This document shows, in pieces, positions 8,362-16,439 of a DNA stretch of 64,000 nucleotides. The notes beneath the pieces were generated by a model, which worked only from the letters and a program-made list of their open reading frames with translations, searched no databases and was not told the origin of the DNA. The translations under genes and the position numbers were made by a program. The stretch is taken from assembly GCA_043801965.1 (NCBI GenBank), contig JAZDLN010000022.1, forward strand, positions 9,989 through 73,988. The letters are read 5' to 3'. This DNA is from Candidatus Falkowbacteria bacterium (GTDB lineage: Bacteria > Patescibacteriota > Patescibacteriia > Patescibacteriales > UBA12075). Every line of letters begins with the position of its first letter. Within the stretch, counting starts at the first letter, position 1.

Positions 8362-9402
8362 ATGTTAATACTGGGAATAGAGACAAGTTGCGATGAAACC
8401 GCCGCGGCCGTGGCCAGCGGAAAAAACGGTAAAGTGGAAATTTTATCAGACGTGGTTTCCTCGCAGATAGAAATACATAAAAAATACGGCGGCGTCGTAC
8501 CGGAGGTGGCCGCGCGCGAGCATGTCTTAAATATTTTGCCGGTCATTGATAAGGCTTTAAAAAAATCCGGAATCCCCACCCTTGCAAAAGGCGGGGGGGT
8601 TGACGCCATCGCCGTAACTATCGGACCGGGTTTGATCACGTCCCTGGTTGTGGGAATAGAAACCGCTAAAGTTTTGTCGTGCGCCTGGGGCGTGCCCGTT
8701 ATCGGGATTAACCACATAGAGGGGCATGTATACGCGAATTTCATAAATCAGAAAAAGAAGCTTGAATTTCCGGCCATGATTTTAACCGTGTCTGGCGGAC
8801 ACACCATGCTTGTCCTTATGCGCGCGCACGGCAAGTATAAAACGATCGGCGAAACGCGCGATGACGCGGCCGGAGAGGCGTTCGATAAAGCGGCGAAGCT
8901 TATGGGAATCGGCTACCCCGGCGGACCCGCTATAGCCGTTCAAGCCGTTAAATGTCAAATGTCAAAGGTCAAAGGTCAAATTAAACTGCCCAGACCAATG
9001 ATAAATTCCGGGGATTTTGATTTTTCTTTTTCCGGATTAAAAACAGCGCTCTTGTATGATTTAAAGAAGGATAAAAACTGGGAGAAGCGGATTCCGGAAT
9101 ACTGTCATGAATTCCAGCGGGCGGTAGTTGATACGCTGGTCTTTAAAACCGTTAAGGCGGCAGAAAAATATAAAGCGAAAACCGTCATGCTCGCCGGCGG
9201 GGTGGCGGCTAATACGGAATTGCGGACACAGCTTGAAAAAGCGGTCGCGGAAAAACTAAAAACAGCTTTCGTTATGCCGGATTTAAAGTACACAACGGAT
9301 AACGCGGCTATGGTCGCTTCAGCCGGATATTTCCGCGCGCTGAAAAAAGACTTTACGCCTTGGGAAAAATTGCGGGTAGATTGTAATTTAGAATTAAAGT
9401 AA
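8362..9402 (+). CDS. tsaD: tRNA N6-adenosine threonylcarbamoyltransferase TsaD (Kae1/Gcp family)
   Basis: 346 aa. LGIETSCDETAAA, GINHIEGH, GYPGGP and SFSGLKTA motifs. Confidence 0.95.
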   Translation: MLILGIETSCDETAAAVASGKNGKVEILSDVVSSQIEIHKKYGGVVPEVAAREHVLNILPVIDKALKKSGIPTLAKGGGVDAIAVTIGPGLITSLVVGIETAKVLSCAWGVPVIGINHIEGHVYANFINQKKKLEFPAMILTVSGGHTMLVLMRAHGKYKTIGETRDDAAGEAFDKAAKLMGIGYPGGPAIAVQAVKCQMSKVKGQIKLPRPMINSGDFDFSFSGLKTALLYDLKKDKNWEKRIPEYCHEFQRAVVDTLVFKTVKAAEKYKAKTVMLAGGVAANTELRTQLEKAVAEKLKTAFVMPDLKYTTDNAAMVASAGYFRALKKDFTPWEKLRVDCNLELK

Positions 9403-9454
9403 CGGCGCCAAAAGCGTTAATTTTTTAAATAAGCGGTTGTGGAAAGGAGTTAAT

Positions 9455-9652
9455 ATGGGCTTTTGGAAAAACATCCTTTACGGCATGGCTTCCGTGGGCG
9501 CCGGCATGGCGAGTTTATACGGTTATCGCCACCCGCGGCCTAAATACAAACGATTCAAACATCGTACTTATGAAGAAATCATGGCGGAAGTACGCAGATT
9601 CCCTGAAGCCGGCAAGGGGGGGGCCAGTCGCGGCCAAAAAAATAAAAAATAG
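9455..9652 (+). CDS. Small basic hypothetical protein (65 aa)
   Basis: AAGGAG SD 6 nt upstream of ATG 9455, and its own terminator downstream. One hydrophobic N-terminal segment. Confidence 0.5.
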   Translation: MGFWKNILYGMASVGAGMASLYGYRHPRPKYKRFKHRTYEEIMAEVRRFPEAGKGGASRGQKNKK

Positions 9653-9660
9653 GAATTATA

Positions 9661-9692
9661 AAAAAGGACCATAGATGGTCCTTTGTTTTTTT
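9661..9692. terminator. Bidirectional intrinsic terminator
   Basis: aggacc-atagat-ggtcct hairpin flanked by an A-run and a T-run, between convergent genes. Confidence 0.7.
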
Positions 9693-10419
9693 ATTGAATT
9701 TTTGTGATAACCAGATCATTGATTCGCCCCGCGTAAAATAACGGGTTATTTCCGGAGACGAAGATTTGCGGATCGATCGATAAGCTTTTTTTAGAACCAT
9801 CAAGAAGAAGTTCCCGGGTAAAACGGTCTAAATTAAATTTATCCAGGATCTCATACATTTTTTTTACGGTTCTGATAACTAAGTGGGGGTCGGGGAAGTT
9901 GCTGTTCTTTAATTCGTAAACGCAGACCAGCTTGTAGTTTAAATTAAAATCACCATATTTACCCCGAAGAACGGACTTGCCTTCGTATTCACTGGTATAC
10001 TCGATTACTTTGTGATTCCCAGCTTCTTTTTTGGCGCGGCGGACGGAAGCGGCAGTGATTATTAAAGATATGAAAAACGCGACCGCGACCATCTTTAAAA
10101 TCGCTACGCCATTTTCAGGAGATACCCAGTTAAATAGAAGGCCGAAACACCAAAACCACAAAAGAAGCGCCGCCGTTGTAATAAACATAGAAATACAAAA
10201 AGACGCGCGCGACAAGGAGTTTTTTCCGTATTTTTTTTCAAAACGATTTTCAAGGAACATGTATAAAAAAACATAAGCGGCTATCAGACCCATAAAAACA
10301 ATCACGGCGATTGGTGTAACACGGGTCGAGGGAAAGAGAATTATACCGGAAACCGCCAGTATTAAAAAGCCGATAAAAGAGGATGCTTTTGCGGACCACC
10401 ACTGATCGTTTTTTGGCAT
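9691..10419 (-). CDS. Hypothetical membrane protein
   Basis: 242 aa with about 5 hydrophobic helices in the N-terminal two thirds and a soluble C-terminal domain. No motif recognised. Confidence 0.6.
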   Translation of the reverse strand: MPKNDQWWSAKASSFIGFLILAVSGIILFPSTRVTPIAVIVFMGLIAAYVFLYMFLENRFEKKYGKNSLSRASFCISMFITTAALLLWFWCFGLLFNWVSPENGVAILKMVAVAFFISLIITAASVRRAKKEAGNHKVIEYTSEYEGKSVLRGKYGDFNLNYKLVCVYELKNSNFPDPHLVIRTVKKMYEILDKFNLDRFTRELLLDGSKKSLSIDPQIFVSGNNPLFYAGRINDLVITKIQ

Positions 10420-10514
10420 TTTCTACTCCTTTGTTTTTGGCGACGAGATTTAAAAGGGCGTATTTTATTATTTAAGCATACTAGCAAAGCACAATTTAAA
10501 AGTCAAGGAGCTGG

Positions 10515-11060
10515 TTATAATTTTTTAAAACAACGCCGGCAGAGCGCCCAATAGGTATAAGTACCGTCATCCGGTATGGACGGCGGGAGACCTTCAAATA
10601 TCGGAACACTGTCTTTAAGGACTTGCGTATAAACGGCATCCGGCTGGCGGCAATGGTCGCAGACCGCCCGTTTATAGTTAACCGTATTTGGACCTAACTC
10701 CAGGAGCTCTTTGATTATCTTAAACATCCGACCCTGATAGTCGGTATCAAGGCCGGAAATAACGACCCGGGTGCCCCAACGCAGAAGTTCGGACACGTAT
10801 TTCGCGTCATCCTCCGGAAACATATGAATCTCGTCGATACCAACCGCCGCGTAGCCGCCGTTCACTATTTCCTTTATGCTTTTTATTTTTTTGGCCTCCG
10901 CCACGACGTTGTTGCGCGATTGTATCGCTTCGTCCCGGATATTATTTATCGAATGGAATAAGGCGAATTTTTCGTCGGTATATTTTAAGGGGGCGAAATA
11001 GTTTATAAGCTCGAATGATTTGCCGCTTTTCATCGGCCCCAGTATTAAAGTTAATTCCAT
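10515..11060 (-). CDS. tdk: Thymidine kinase
   Basis: 181 aa. GPMKSGKS P-loop, DEIHMF, and C-terminal zinc ribbon CDHC...CRRC. Confidence 0.9.
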   Translation of the reverse strand: MELTLILGPMKSGKSFELINYFAPLKYTDEKFALFHSINNIRDEAIQSRNNVVAEAKKIKSIKEIVNGGYAAVGIDEIHMFPEDDAKYVSELLRWGTRVVISGLDTDYQGRMFKIIKELLELGPNTVNYKRAVCDHCRQPDAVYTQVLKDSVPIFEGLPPSIPDDGTYTYWALCRRCFKKL

Positions 11061-11137
11061 AGTTTAAATTTATAAATAAAAACCGCTGTTTAAGTATTAT
11101 ACAGCGGCCTTTTTGTTTTGGCAAAATTTTTTTCAAA

Positions 11138-11932
11138 TCAATTGGCGTATTGAGCTTGAAACCAAAGGGTTTTAGCTTTTTCGAACATTTCGATCTTCTG
11201 GGCTTTTTCTTTGAGATCGTAATTATAGTGCTCAAAAACAGGGGTGGGCATGGCCGTAAAAATTTCCGTGATCACGTCCCGGTTGGCGGCAAAGAATTTC
11301 GGAACAAGCTCAAAATAACCGGCCCATTTTAAGGGTTTATGGATATACACGAAAACATTGACGGAAATCCATTGTAAGTAAGAAGCCTCGGCTGGATAGT
11401 TTTTGGCTTCTTGCCAGGCTCTGATAGCGGTAGTAAGGGCGGCCAGCTCCTCAACGACGTTTTTAAAAACAGAATGCAGGAAGCTGTCGCTGAATATGAC
11501 ATCTTCCACTGAATTCATGGTCGCGTAATATTCTTTTTCCTTATAAAGCGAAAGCGTTTCCGAGGCGACTTCGCGGAAGGCGATTAGTTCCTTTTTTTCC
11601 TGTTCGCCGGTTTTAAGGTCGGTAATAATATCGCCGACTACGGCCTCGCCCCAGTCGTGGGTAACGGCGGAAAGCAGTAAAATAGATTTTGTTTTTTCAG
11701 AAAACATTCCTTCCGCAGTTTCGACGAATTCTTTCGTGAACATCAGAATGTTCAGTAGGTGTCTGAGATTATTAACGTCAATTCCCAAAACCTCTTCCCA
11801 TTTTTCATTGGACCAGTGTTCCGGTTTATAGCGGCCGTAGCGGATGTTTTTTACCAAAGACTGGCCGTATTTGGTTTGCGCGAAAAAATTATGAAGTTCG
11901 ATGAGATCAGCGGTTTGTTTATCCAGATTCAT
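11138..11932 (-). CDS. HD-domain hydrolase-like protein (possible 5'-nucleotidase)
   Basis: 264 aa. AVTHDWGEAVVGD resembles the HD motif of YfbR-type hydrolases. Sits between tdk and cdd. Confidence 0.5.
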   Translation of the reverse strand: MNLDKQTADLIELHNFFAQTKYGQSLVKNIRYGRYKPEHWSNEKWEEVLGIDVNNLRHLLNILMFTKEFVETAEGMFSEKTKSILLLSAVTHDWGEAVVGDIITDLKTGEQEKKELIAFREVASETLSLYKEKEYYATMNSVEDVIFSDSFLHSVFKNVVEELAALTTAIRAWQEAKNYPAEASYLQWISVNVFVYIHKPLKWAGYFELVPKFFAANRDVITEIFTAMPTPVFEHYNYDLKEKAQKIEMFEKAKTLWFQAQYAN

Positions 11933-11955
11933 TTCTTCCCCCCTATTTCTGTTTA

Positions 11956-12612
11956 TTATTGATTGTGTCTGTCATATTCAAGCGGGCTTAAGCCTAAATT
12001 CGCCGGTCCGAAGCTTAAGGGCAATAGAAACTCCAATAAGGTTATAAATACCCCGCCGACATCGTTAGGAAGAATAACGGAACAACAGTCGTTGTTGAAT
12101 TCATTGGTAACCTGTCGGCAGGGACCGCAGGGCGCTACGTATTCTTTTTGGGCAATTTGCCGCAGTTTTTCCGGAACCGAACAATCAAAGCCGCCGACTA
12201 CGGCGTAAGAAAAGAATTTTCTATATCCTTCGCTGACCGCCTTTAAAGCGGCAACCCGTTCGGCGCAAACCGTTGAACCGTAAGCGGAATTTTCCACATT
12301 ACAACCATTAAATATTTTTCTTTTTCCTAATCTATTTTGAGACAAAATCGCCGCTCCGACATTGAAATGCGAATACGGCGCGTAAGAATATTCCCGGCTT
12401 TTTCTGGCTTTTTTTATCAAATTCATAACCTGGCGACAGGGCATCTGTAGAAAATCAGTTTTTAGGATTTCGTTCGATTTAGCCTCTAAACAGGATTCCT
12501 CGAGTATTATAGCCTTGCCGGAATTAAGCAGTAATTCGAAACCGTTTTTACAGCCGATAATGTCGGCTATGACCGAATTGGGGCCCTGTTGGTGCCTTAA
12601 GCTAAAATCCAT
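11956..12612 (-). CDS. cdd: Cytidine deaminase (possible N-terminal extension or a later start)
   Basis: YAPYSHFNVGAA, CAERVA and PCGPCRQ zinc-ligand motifs. The canonical domain starts near MNLIKKAR, so the true start may be internal. Confidence 0.85.
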   Translation of the reverse strand: MDFSLRHQQGPNSVIADIIGCKNGFELLLNSGKAIILEESCLEAKSNEILKTDFLQMPCRQVMNLIKKARKSREYSYAPYSHFNVGAAILSQNRLGKRKIFNGCNVENSAYGSTVCAERVAALKAVSEGYRKFFSYAVVGGFDCSVPEKLRQIAQKEYVAPCGPCRQVTNEFNNDCCSVILPNDVGGVFITLLEFLLPLSFGPANLGLSPLEYDRHNQ

Positions 12613-12760
12613 GGCGTTTCCCCTGTTATTTAGTTTTTAATGAGCCTGTTTTGTTTCTTATATTAAGTTATACACATCTAAAAAAGTCTTTCTGTCATTC
12701 TAACGCATTATTAATATATCGGCAACGCGGCTGTCAAAGGGCCTAAAAACGCGCAAACGC

Positions 12761-12789
12761 GTAGAGACGCCCCGACGGGGCGTCTCTAC
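12761..12789. repeat. GTAGAGACGC-family palindrome
   Basis: gtagagacgccccg-a-cggggcgtctctac. Flanked by a 12-bp direct repeat ATTAATATATCG at 12710-12721 and 12796-12807. Confidence 0.85.
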
Positions 12790-12812
12790 GGTGGAATTAA
12801 TATATCGCTGAA

Positions 12813-15197
12813 TTATTTTTTCTTCTTCATGGATTCCTCTTGTTTTAAAACCGCTAAAGTGGTTTTTACGACCGTGTCCGGGATAAGGGAGATAGAGTCT
12901 ATGCCGCACTCCACGAGCCAGGCGGCGAAATCGGGAAAATCCGAAGGCGCCTGGCCGCAGATGCCGACCTTGGTTTTAGTTTCCTTGCCGACCTGGATTA
13001 AATATTTAATCAAAGTCCTAACGGCCTCATTTTTTTCATTTGATACTCCCGCTACTTCCAGCGTGCCGCCGGCATCGCGATCAATGCCTAAGGTTAATTG
13101 CGTTAAATCATTTGAGCCAATAGAGAAGCCGTCGAATTCTTTGGCGAATTCATGCGCCAGGATGATATTGGAAGGAATTTCCGCCATTACGTAAATGTCA
13201 AGGCCGTTTTTACCGCGGACCAGACCATGTTTAGCCATAATTTCTTTCACGCGTTTGCCCTCTTCTACGGTACGGCAGAACGGGACCATGACTTTCAAGT
13301 TCGTCAGTCCCATGTCGTCGCGCACTTTTTTAAAGGCTTGGCATTCCAGTTCAAAGGCGGGCAGGAAGGCCGGACTATAATAACGGCTCGCTCCGCGCCA
13401 GCCGATCATCGGGTTGGATTCCGTCGGCTCATACTCGGTTCCGCCGATCAGGTTCGCGTATTCGTTCGATTTAAAATCGGACAGACGAATGATCACGTCC
13501 TTCGGATAAAACGCGGCCGCGATCATGGCCACGCCCTCGGCCATCTTATCTATAAAGAATTTCTTTTTGTCGCTATAACCGAAGGTGATTTTATCAATTT
13601 TGTTTTTTACGGTTTTGTCTTTTAATTTACCGTAATTAAGAAGCGCCAGGGGGTGGATCTTGATGGCGTTGTTGATTATGAATTCCAGACGGGCCAGACC
13701 GACGCCGTCATTCGGAATAAAAGAGTCCAGGAAGGCCTGATCCGGTTCGCCGACATTCATCATAATTTTCGTCCGCGGTTTTTTCAGATTTTTTATGTCG
13801 GTTTTATTGACCTTGAACGGCAGTACCCCCTCATAAACGAAACCCTCTTCGCCCTCGGCGCAGCTGACGGTAACGGCGCGGCCCGATTTTATTTTCCGGC
13901 TGCCGTTTTCCGTACCGACTACACAGGGAATCCCCATTTCCCGGGAGATAATGGCGGCGTGGCAGGTGCGGCCGCCCTTATCGGTAATGATAGCGGAGGC
14001 GATTTTCATGATCGGTTCCCAGTCCGGGTCGGTCATGTCGGTAACAAGCACCTCGCCCGGTTTGAATTTTTTAAGGTCTTTTATGCCCATGATCCGGTTA
14101 GCCTTACCGGCGCCGATCTTATTGCCCACGCTTTGTCCGCTGACCAAGAGTTTACCCTTTTTTTCTAGGCGGTAAGCTTCCAGCACATTGACGTTTCTTT
14201 GGCTCTGGACCGTTTCCGGGCGAGCCTGGATAATATATAATTTTCCGTCTTTACCGTCCAGGGCCCACTCCATGTCCATGGGGCGATTATAGTGCTTTTC
14301 TATGATCATGGCCCACTCGGCGAGTTTTTTTACCTGCTCATCCGAAATTGATTGTTTTTGCTGGTCCGCCGCCGACACTAAGACATCTTTGACCGGCTTA
14401 CCAGGTTTATTGTTATAGATCATCCGCAGGGCCTTGCGTCCGATCGAGCGGGAGATGATCGCTCCGGTCGGCTTAAAGACGTAGAATTCATCCGGATTTA
14501 CCTTGCCTTGCACGATATTTTCCCCTAAGCCGTAAATAGAGTTGATGATTACCGCGTTGGCAAAACCGGATTCGGTGTCAATCGAAAACATAACGCCGGA
14601 AGCGGCCAGATCGCTCCTGACCATTTTCTGGACACCGACCGACAGGGCGATTTTAAAATGATCAAAACCCTTATCCGTGCGGTAGGAAATAGCCCGATTA
14701 GTAAAGAGAGAGGCAATGCATTTGTGCACCGCCTGAATAAGGTTGTCGGTTCCGCGGATATTTAAAAAAGTTTCCTGCTGGCCGGCGAAAGAGGCGTCGG
14801 GAAGGTCTTCGGCCGTGGCAGACGACCGCACCGCTACGTCAATATTGGCGGTTTTACTTTCCTGGGATAGTTTTTTGTAAGCTATTATCACTTCTTTTTC
14901 CAATTCTTCCGGAAATTTAGCGGCCATTATGGTTTTGCGCACCTGGGCGCCTCTTTTTATGAGATCCGTGACATTGCGCGTATCCAGTCCTTTAAGAATT
15001 TTTTGCAATTCTTTTTTAAGCCCGGCTCTTTCCATAAAAAAATTATAAGCCGCTGATGTGGTGGCGAATCCGTTCGGCACGCGCACGCCATTTTTTGTTA
15101 ATTTACGGTACATCTCGCCCAGGGAAGCGTTTTTTCCGCCGACCAGAGGTACGTCTTTGATTCCGAGTTCATCGAAAAATTTAATGAAATTAGACAT
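12813..15197 (-). CDS. ppsA: Phosphoenolpyruvate synthase (pyruvate, water dikinase)
   Basis: 794 aa. N-terminal VGGKNASLGEM, phosphohistidine region GGRTCHAAIISRE, and a C-terminal PEP-utilising TIM barrel. Confidence 0.95.
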   Translation of the reverse strand: MSNFIKFFDELGIKDVPLVGGKNASLGEMYRKLTKNGVRVPNGFATTSAAYNFFMERAGLKKELQKILKGLDTRNVTDLIKRGAQVRKTIMAAKFPEELEKEVIIAYKKLSQESKTANIDVAVRSSATAEDLPDASFAGQQETFLNIRGTDNLIQAVHKCIASLFTNRAISYRTDKGFDHFKIALSVGVQKMVRSDLAASGVMFSIDTESGFANAVIINSIYGLGENIVQGKVNPDEFYVFKPTGAIISRSIGRKALRMIYNNKPGKPVKDVLVSAADQQKQSISDEQVKKLAEWAMIIEKHYNRPMDMEWALDGKDGKLYIIQARPETVQSQRNVNVLEAYRLEKKGKLLVSGQSVGNKIGAGKANRIMGIKDLKKFKPGEVLVTDMTDPDWEPIMKIASAIITDKGGRTCHAAIISREMGIPCVVGTENGSRKIKSGRAVTVSCAEGEEGFVYEGVLPFKVNKTDIKNLKKPRTKIMMNVGEPDQAFLDSFIPNDGVGLARLEFIINNAIKIHPLALLNYGKLKDKTVKNKIDKITFGYSDKKKFFIDKMAEGVAMIAAAFYPKDVIIRLSDFKSNEYANLIGGTEYEPTESNPMIGWRGASRYYSPAFLPAFELECQAFKKVRDDMGLTNLKVMVPFCRTVEEGKRVKEIMAKHGLVRGKNGLDIYVMAEIPSNIILAHEFAKEFDGFSIGSNDLTQLTLGIDRDAGGTLEVAGVSNEKNEAVRTLIKYLIQVGKETKTKVGICGQAPSDFPDFAAWLVECGIDSISLIPDTVVKTTLAVLKQEESMKKKK

Positions 15198-15234
15198 GGT
15201 ATTAAGATATTAGTTATTTGTATATTTTAATGCC

Positions 15235-15320
15235 CACAAATCTACAAATCTATTACAAATTTACAAATATTAAATTACGCGGTTGTGTGGAGTTTGTAAA
15301 CTTATATCAGATTTGTAAAT
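15235..15320. promoter_or_regulatory. ACAAAT / ATTTGT repeat array upstream of ppsA
   Basis: ACAAAT at 15236, 15244, 15255 and 15263. Inverted (G/A)TTTGT at 15292 and 15311. Paired aaattacgcgg / aaattcgcggg. Confidence 0.35.
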
Positions 15321-15348
15321 TCGCGGGTTAAATTGGATGAGATATGAT

Positions 15349-15678
15349 TTAGAGATTGAATTTTTTACTCCAATCGTAGATGTAGGGCATTTTCCACCAC
15401 TCGCCATTTAAGGTTTTTATAATTCCCATAACGGAAACCACCACCAGGGCGAGCATAAGAAGTTGCCCGAAGAACGGAAACCACATAAAAAGACCGGCCG
15501 CAAGCTCAATAATAAAAAGGACCAACCCTTGTTTGGCGTGGAATTGCGCGAATTTTGAATGGCGCTTGCTAAGTAGCGGAACCAAAAACAGTATCCAGGC
15601 GTAAGAAAGAGCGGCGACGGTTTTGTTTTTTTCGATATCATTGTCCGTCGGCGAGGAGGATTTTATTTCTTCTGACAT
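15349..15678 (-). CDS. Small membrane protein (DUF4870-like)
   Basis: 109 aa. AALSYAWILFLVPLL ... AKQGLVLFI pattern and 3 TM segments. Family call is from memory. Confidence 0.6.
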   Translation of the reverse strand: MSEEIKSSSPTDNDIEKNKTVAALSYAWILFLVPLLSKRHSKFAQFHAKQGLVLFIIELAAGLFMWFPFFGQLLMLALVVVSVMGIIKTLNGEWWKMPYIYDWSKKFNL

Positions 15679-15764
15679 AATTTTTTTTCTTAATTAATTA
15701 TTATGATTTTATTATACCATAAAACTTGTTATAATTGAATTATTATGATATTTTTAAGCTGACG

Positions 15765-15793
15765 TTGACTTTTTATCTGAAATATGGTAATGG
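15765..15793 (+). promoter_or_regulatory. Promoter candidate for tRNA-Leu(TAG)
   Basis: TTGACT (15765-15770), 17-nt spacer, TAATGG (weak -10). Confidence 0.35.
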
Positions 15794-15821
15794 TTATAAG
15801 AAATAGAATTTAAATTAAATC

Positions 15822-15903
15822 GCGGACGTGGTGAAACTGGTAGACACGCTAGCCTTAGGAGCTAGTGGAGAAATCCGTGTGGGTTCAAGTCCCTCCGTCC
15901 GCA
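15822..15903 (+). tRNA. tRNA-Leu (anticodon TAG)
   Basis: Class II cloverleaf: acceptor gcggacg/cgtccgc, anticodon arm ctagc-ctTAGga-gctag, long variable arm, T loop ttcaagt. Confidence 0.9.
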
Positions 15904-15925
15904 CTATTTTTTAAGTTGTGGGCTT

Positions 15926-15998
15926 CCGCTCAGCCCCGAGAATTCGGGATGAGCGGATCCGCTCGCGAAGCCGAGCGGACAAGTCCCTCCGTCCGCAC
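15926..15998 (+). repeat. Two GC hairpins followed by a 19-nt duplicate of the tRNA-Leu(TAG) 3' end
   Basis: ccgctca...tgagcgg (15926-15956), tccgctcg-cgaagc-cgagcgga (15958-15979), then caagtccctccgtccgcac (15980-15998), identical to 15886-15904. Confidence 0.8.
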
Positions 15999-16083
15999 AA
16001 ACAAGCTAAAAGTAAACATAAACCGCGCGTACCGCCGTATACGCGGGAATAAAGGCGATAACCGCGAAACCCTGGGGGGATGA

Positions 16084-16293
16084 ATGCCAATTTATGAATA
16101 TCAATGCGAGAAATGCGGCACCACCAAAGAGGTGATGCAAAAAACGGATGATCTGCCGCTAAAGACGTGTGAGGGGTGCGGCGGAAATTTTAAAAAAATT
16201 GTTTCCTTGAACAGTTTCCGCCTTAAGGGCGGAGGATGGTATACTGAGGGATATCAAAAAGGTAAAGAAAAAAAAGATAAACCGGCCGAATAG
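16084..16293 (+). CDS. FmdB-family zinc-ribbon protein
   Basis: MPIYEYQCEKCG ... CEGCGG, the classic CxxC-CxxC FmdB N-terminus. GGGGGGA SD. Confidence 0.8.
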   Translation: MPIYEYQCEKCGTTKEVMQKTDDLPLKTCEGCGGNFKKIVSLNSFRLKGGGWYTEGYQKGKEKKDKPAE

Positions 16294-16305
16294 CCGGTTT
16301 TTTTA
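16280..16305 (+). terminator. Intrinsic terminator
   Basis: accggc-cgaata-gccggt hairpin overlapping the stop codon, followed by T7. Confidence 0.6.
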
Positions 16306-16439
16306 GTTATAGTACATGTTTAAATTATTTTTGTGATTATTTATTATTAAAAAACGCTCGACTGTTTTTAATAATTAATTTTTTCTTAATCGTAAAATGA
16401 TATTTTTTAGAATATAACAGTGATTATGAATTAACACTT

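Noticed and set aside
12700-12909. A 69-aa minus-strand ORF (…VETPRRGVSTRLRVF…).
   Set aside because: It is a translation of the GTAGAGACGC palindrome and of the ppsA 3' end in another frame, so it is not an independent gene.
15865-16083. A 72-aa plus-strand ORF overlapping the tRNA-Leu 3' end.
   Set aside because: It starts inside the tRNA and runs through the GC hairpins and the duplicated tRNA end. It has no SD and is a by-product of GC-rich palindromes.
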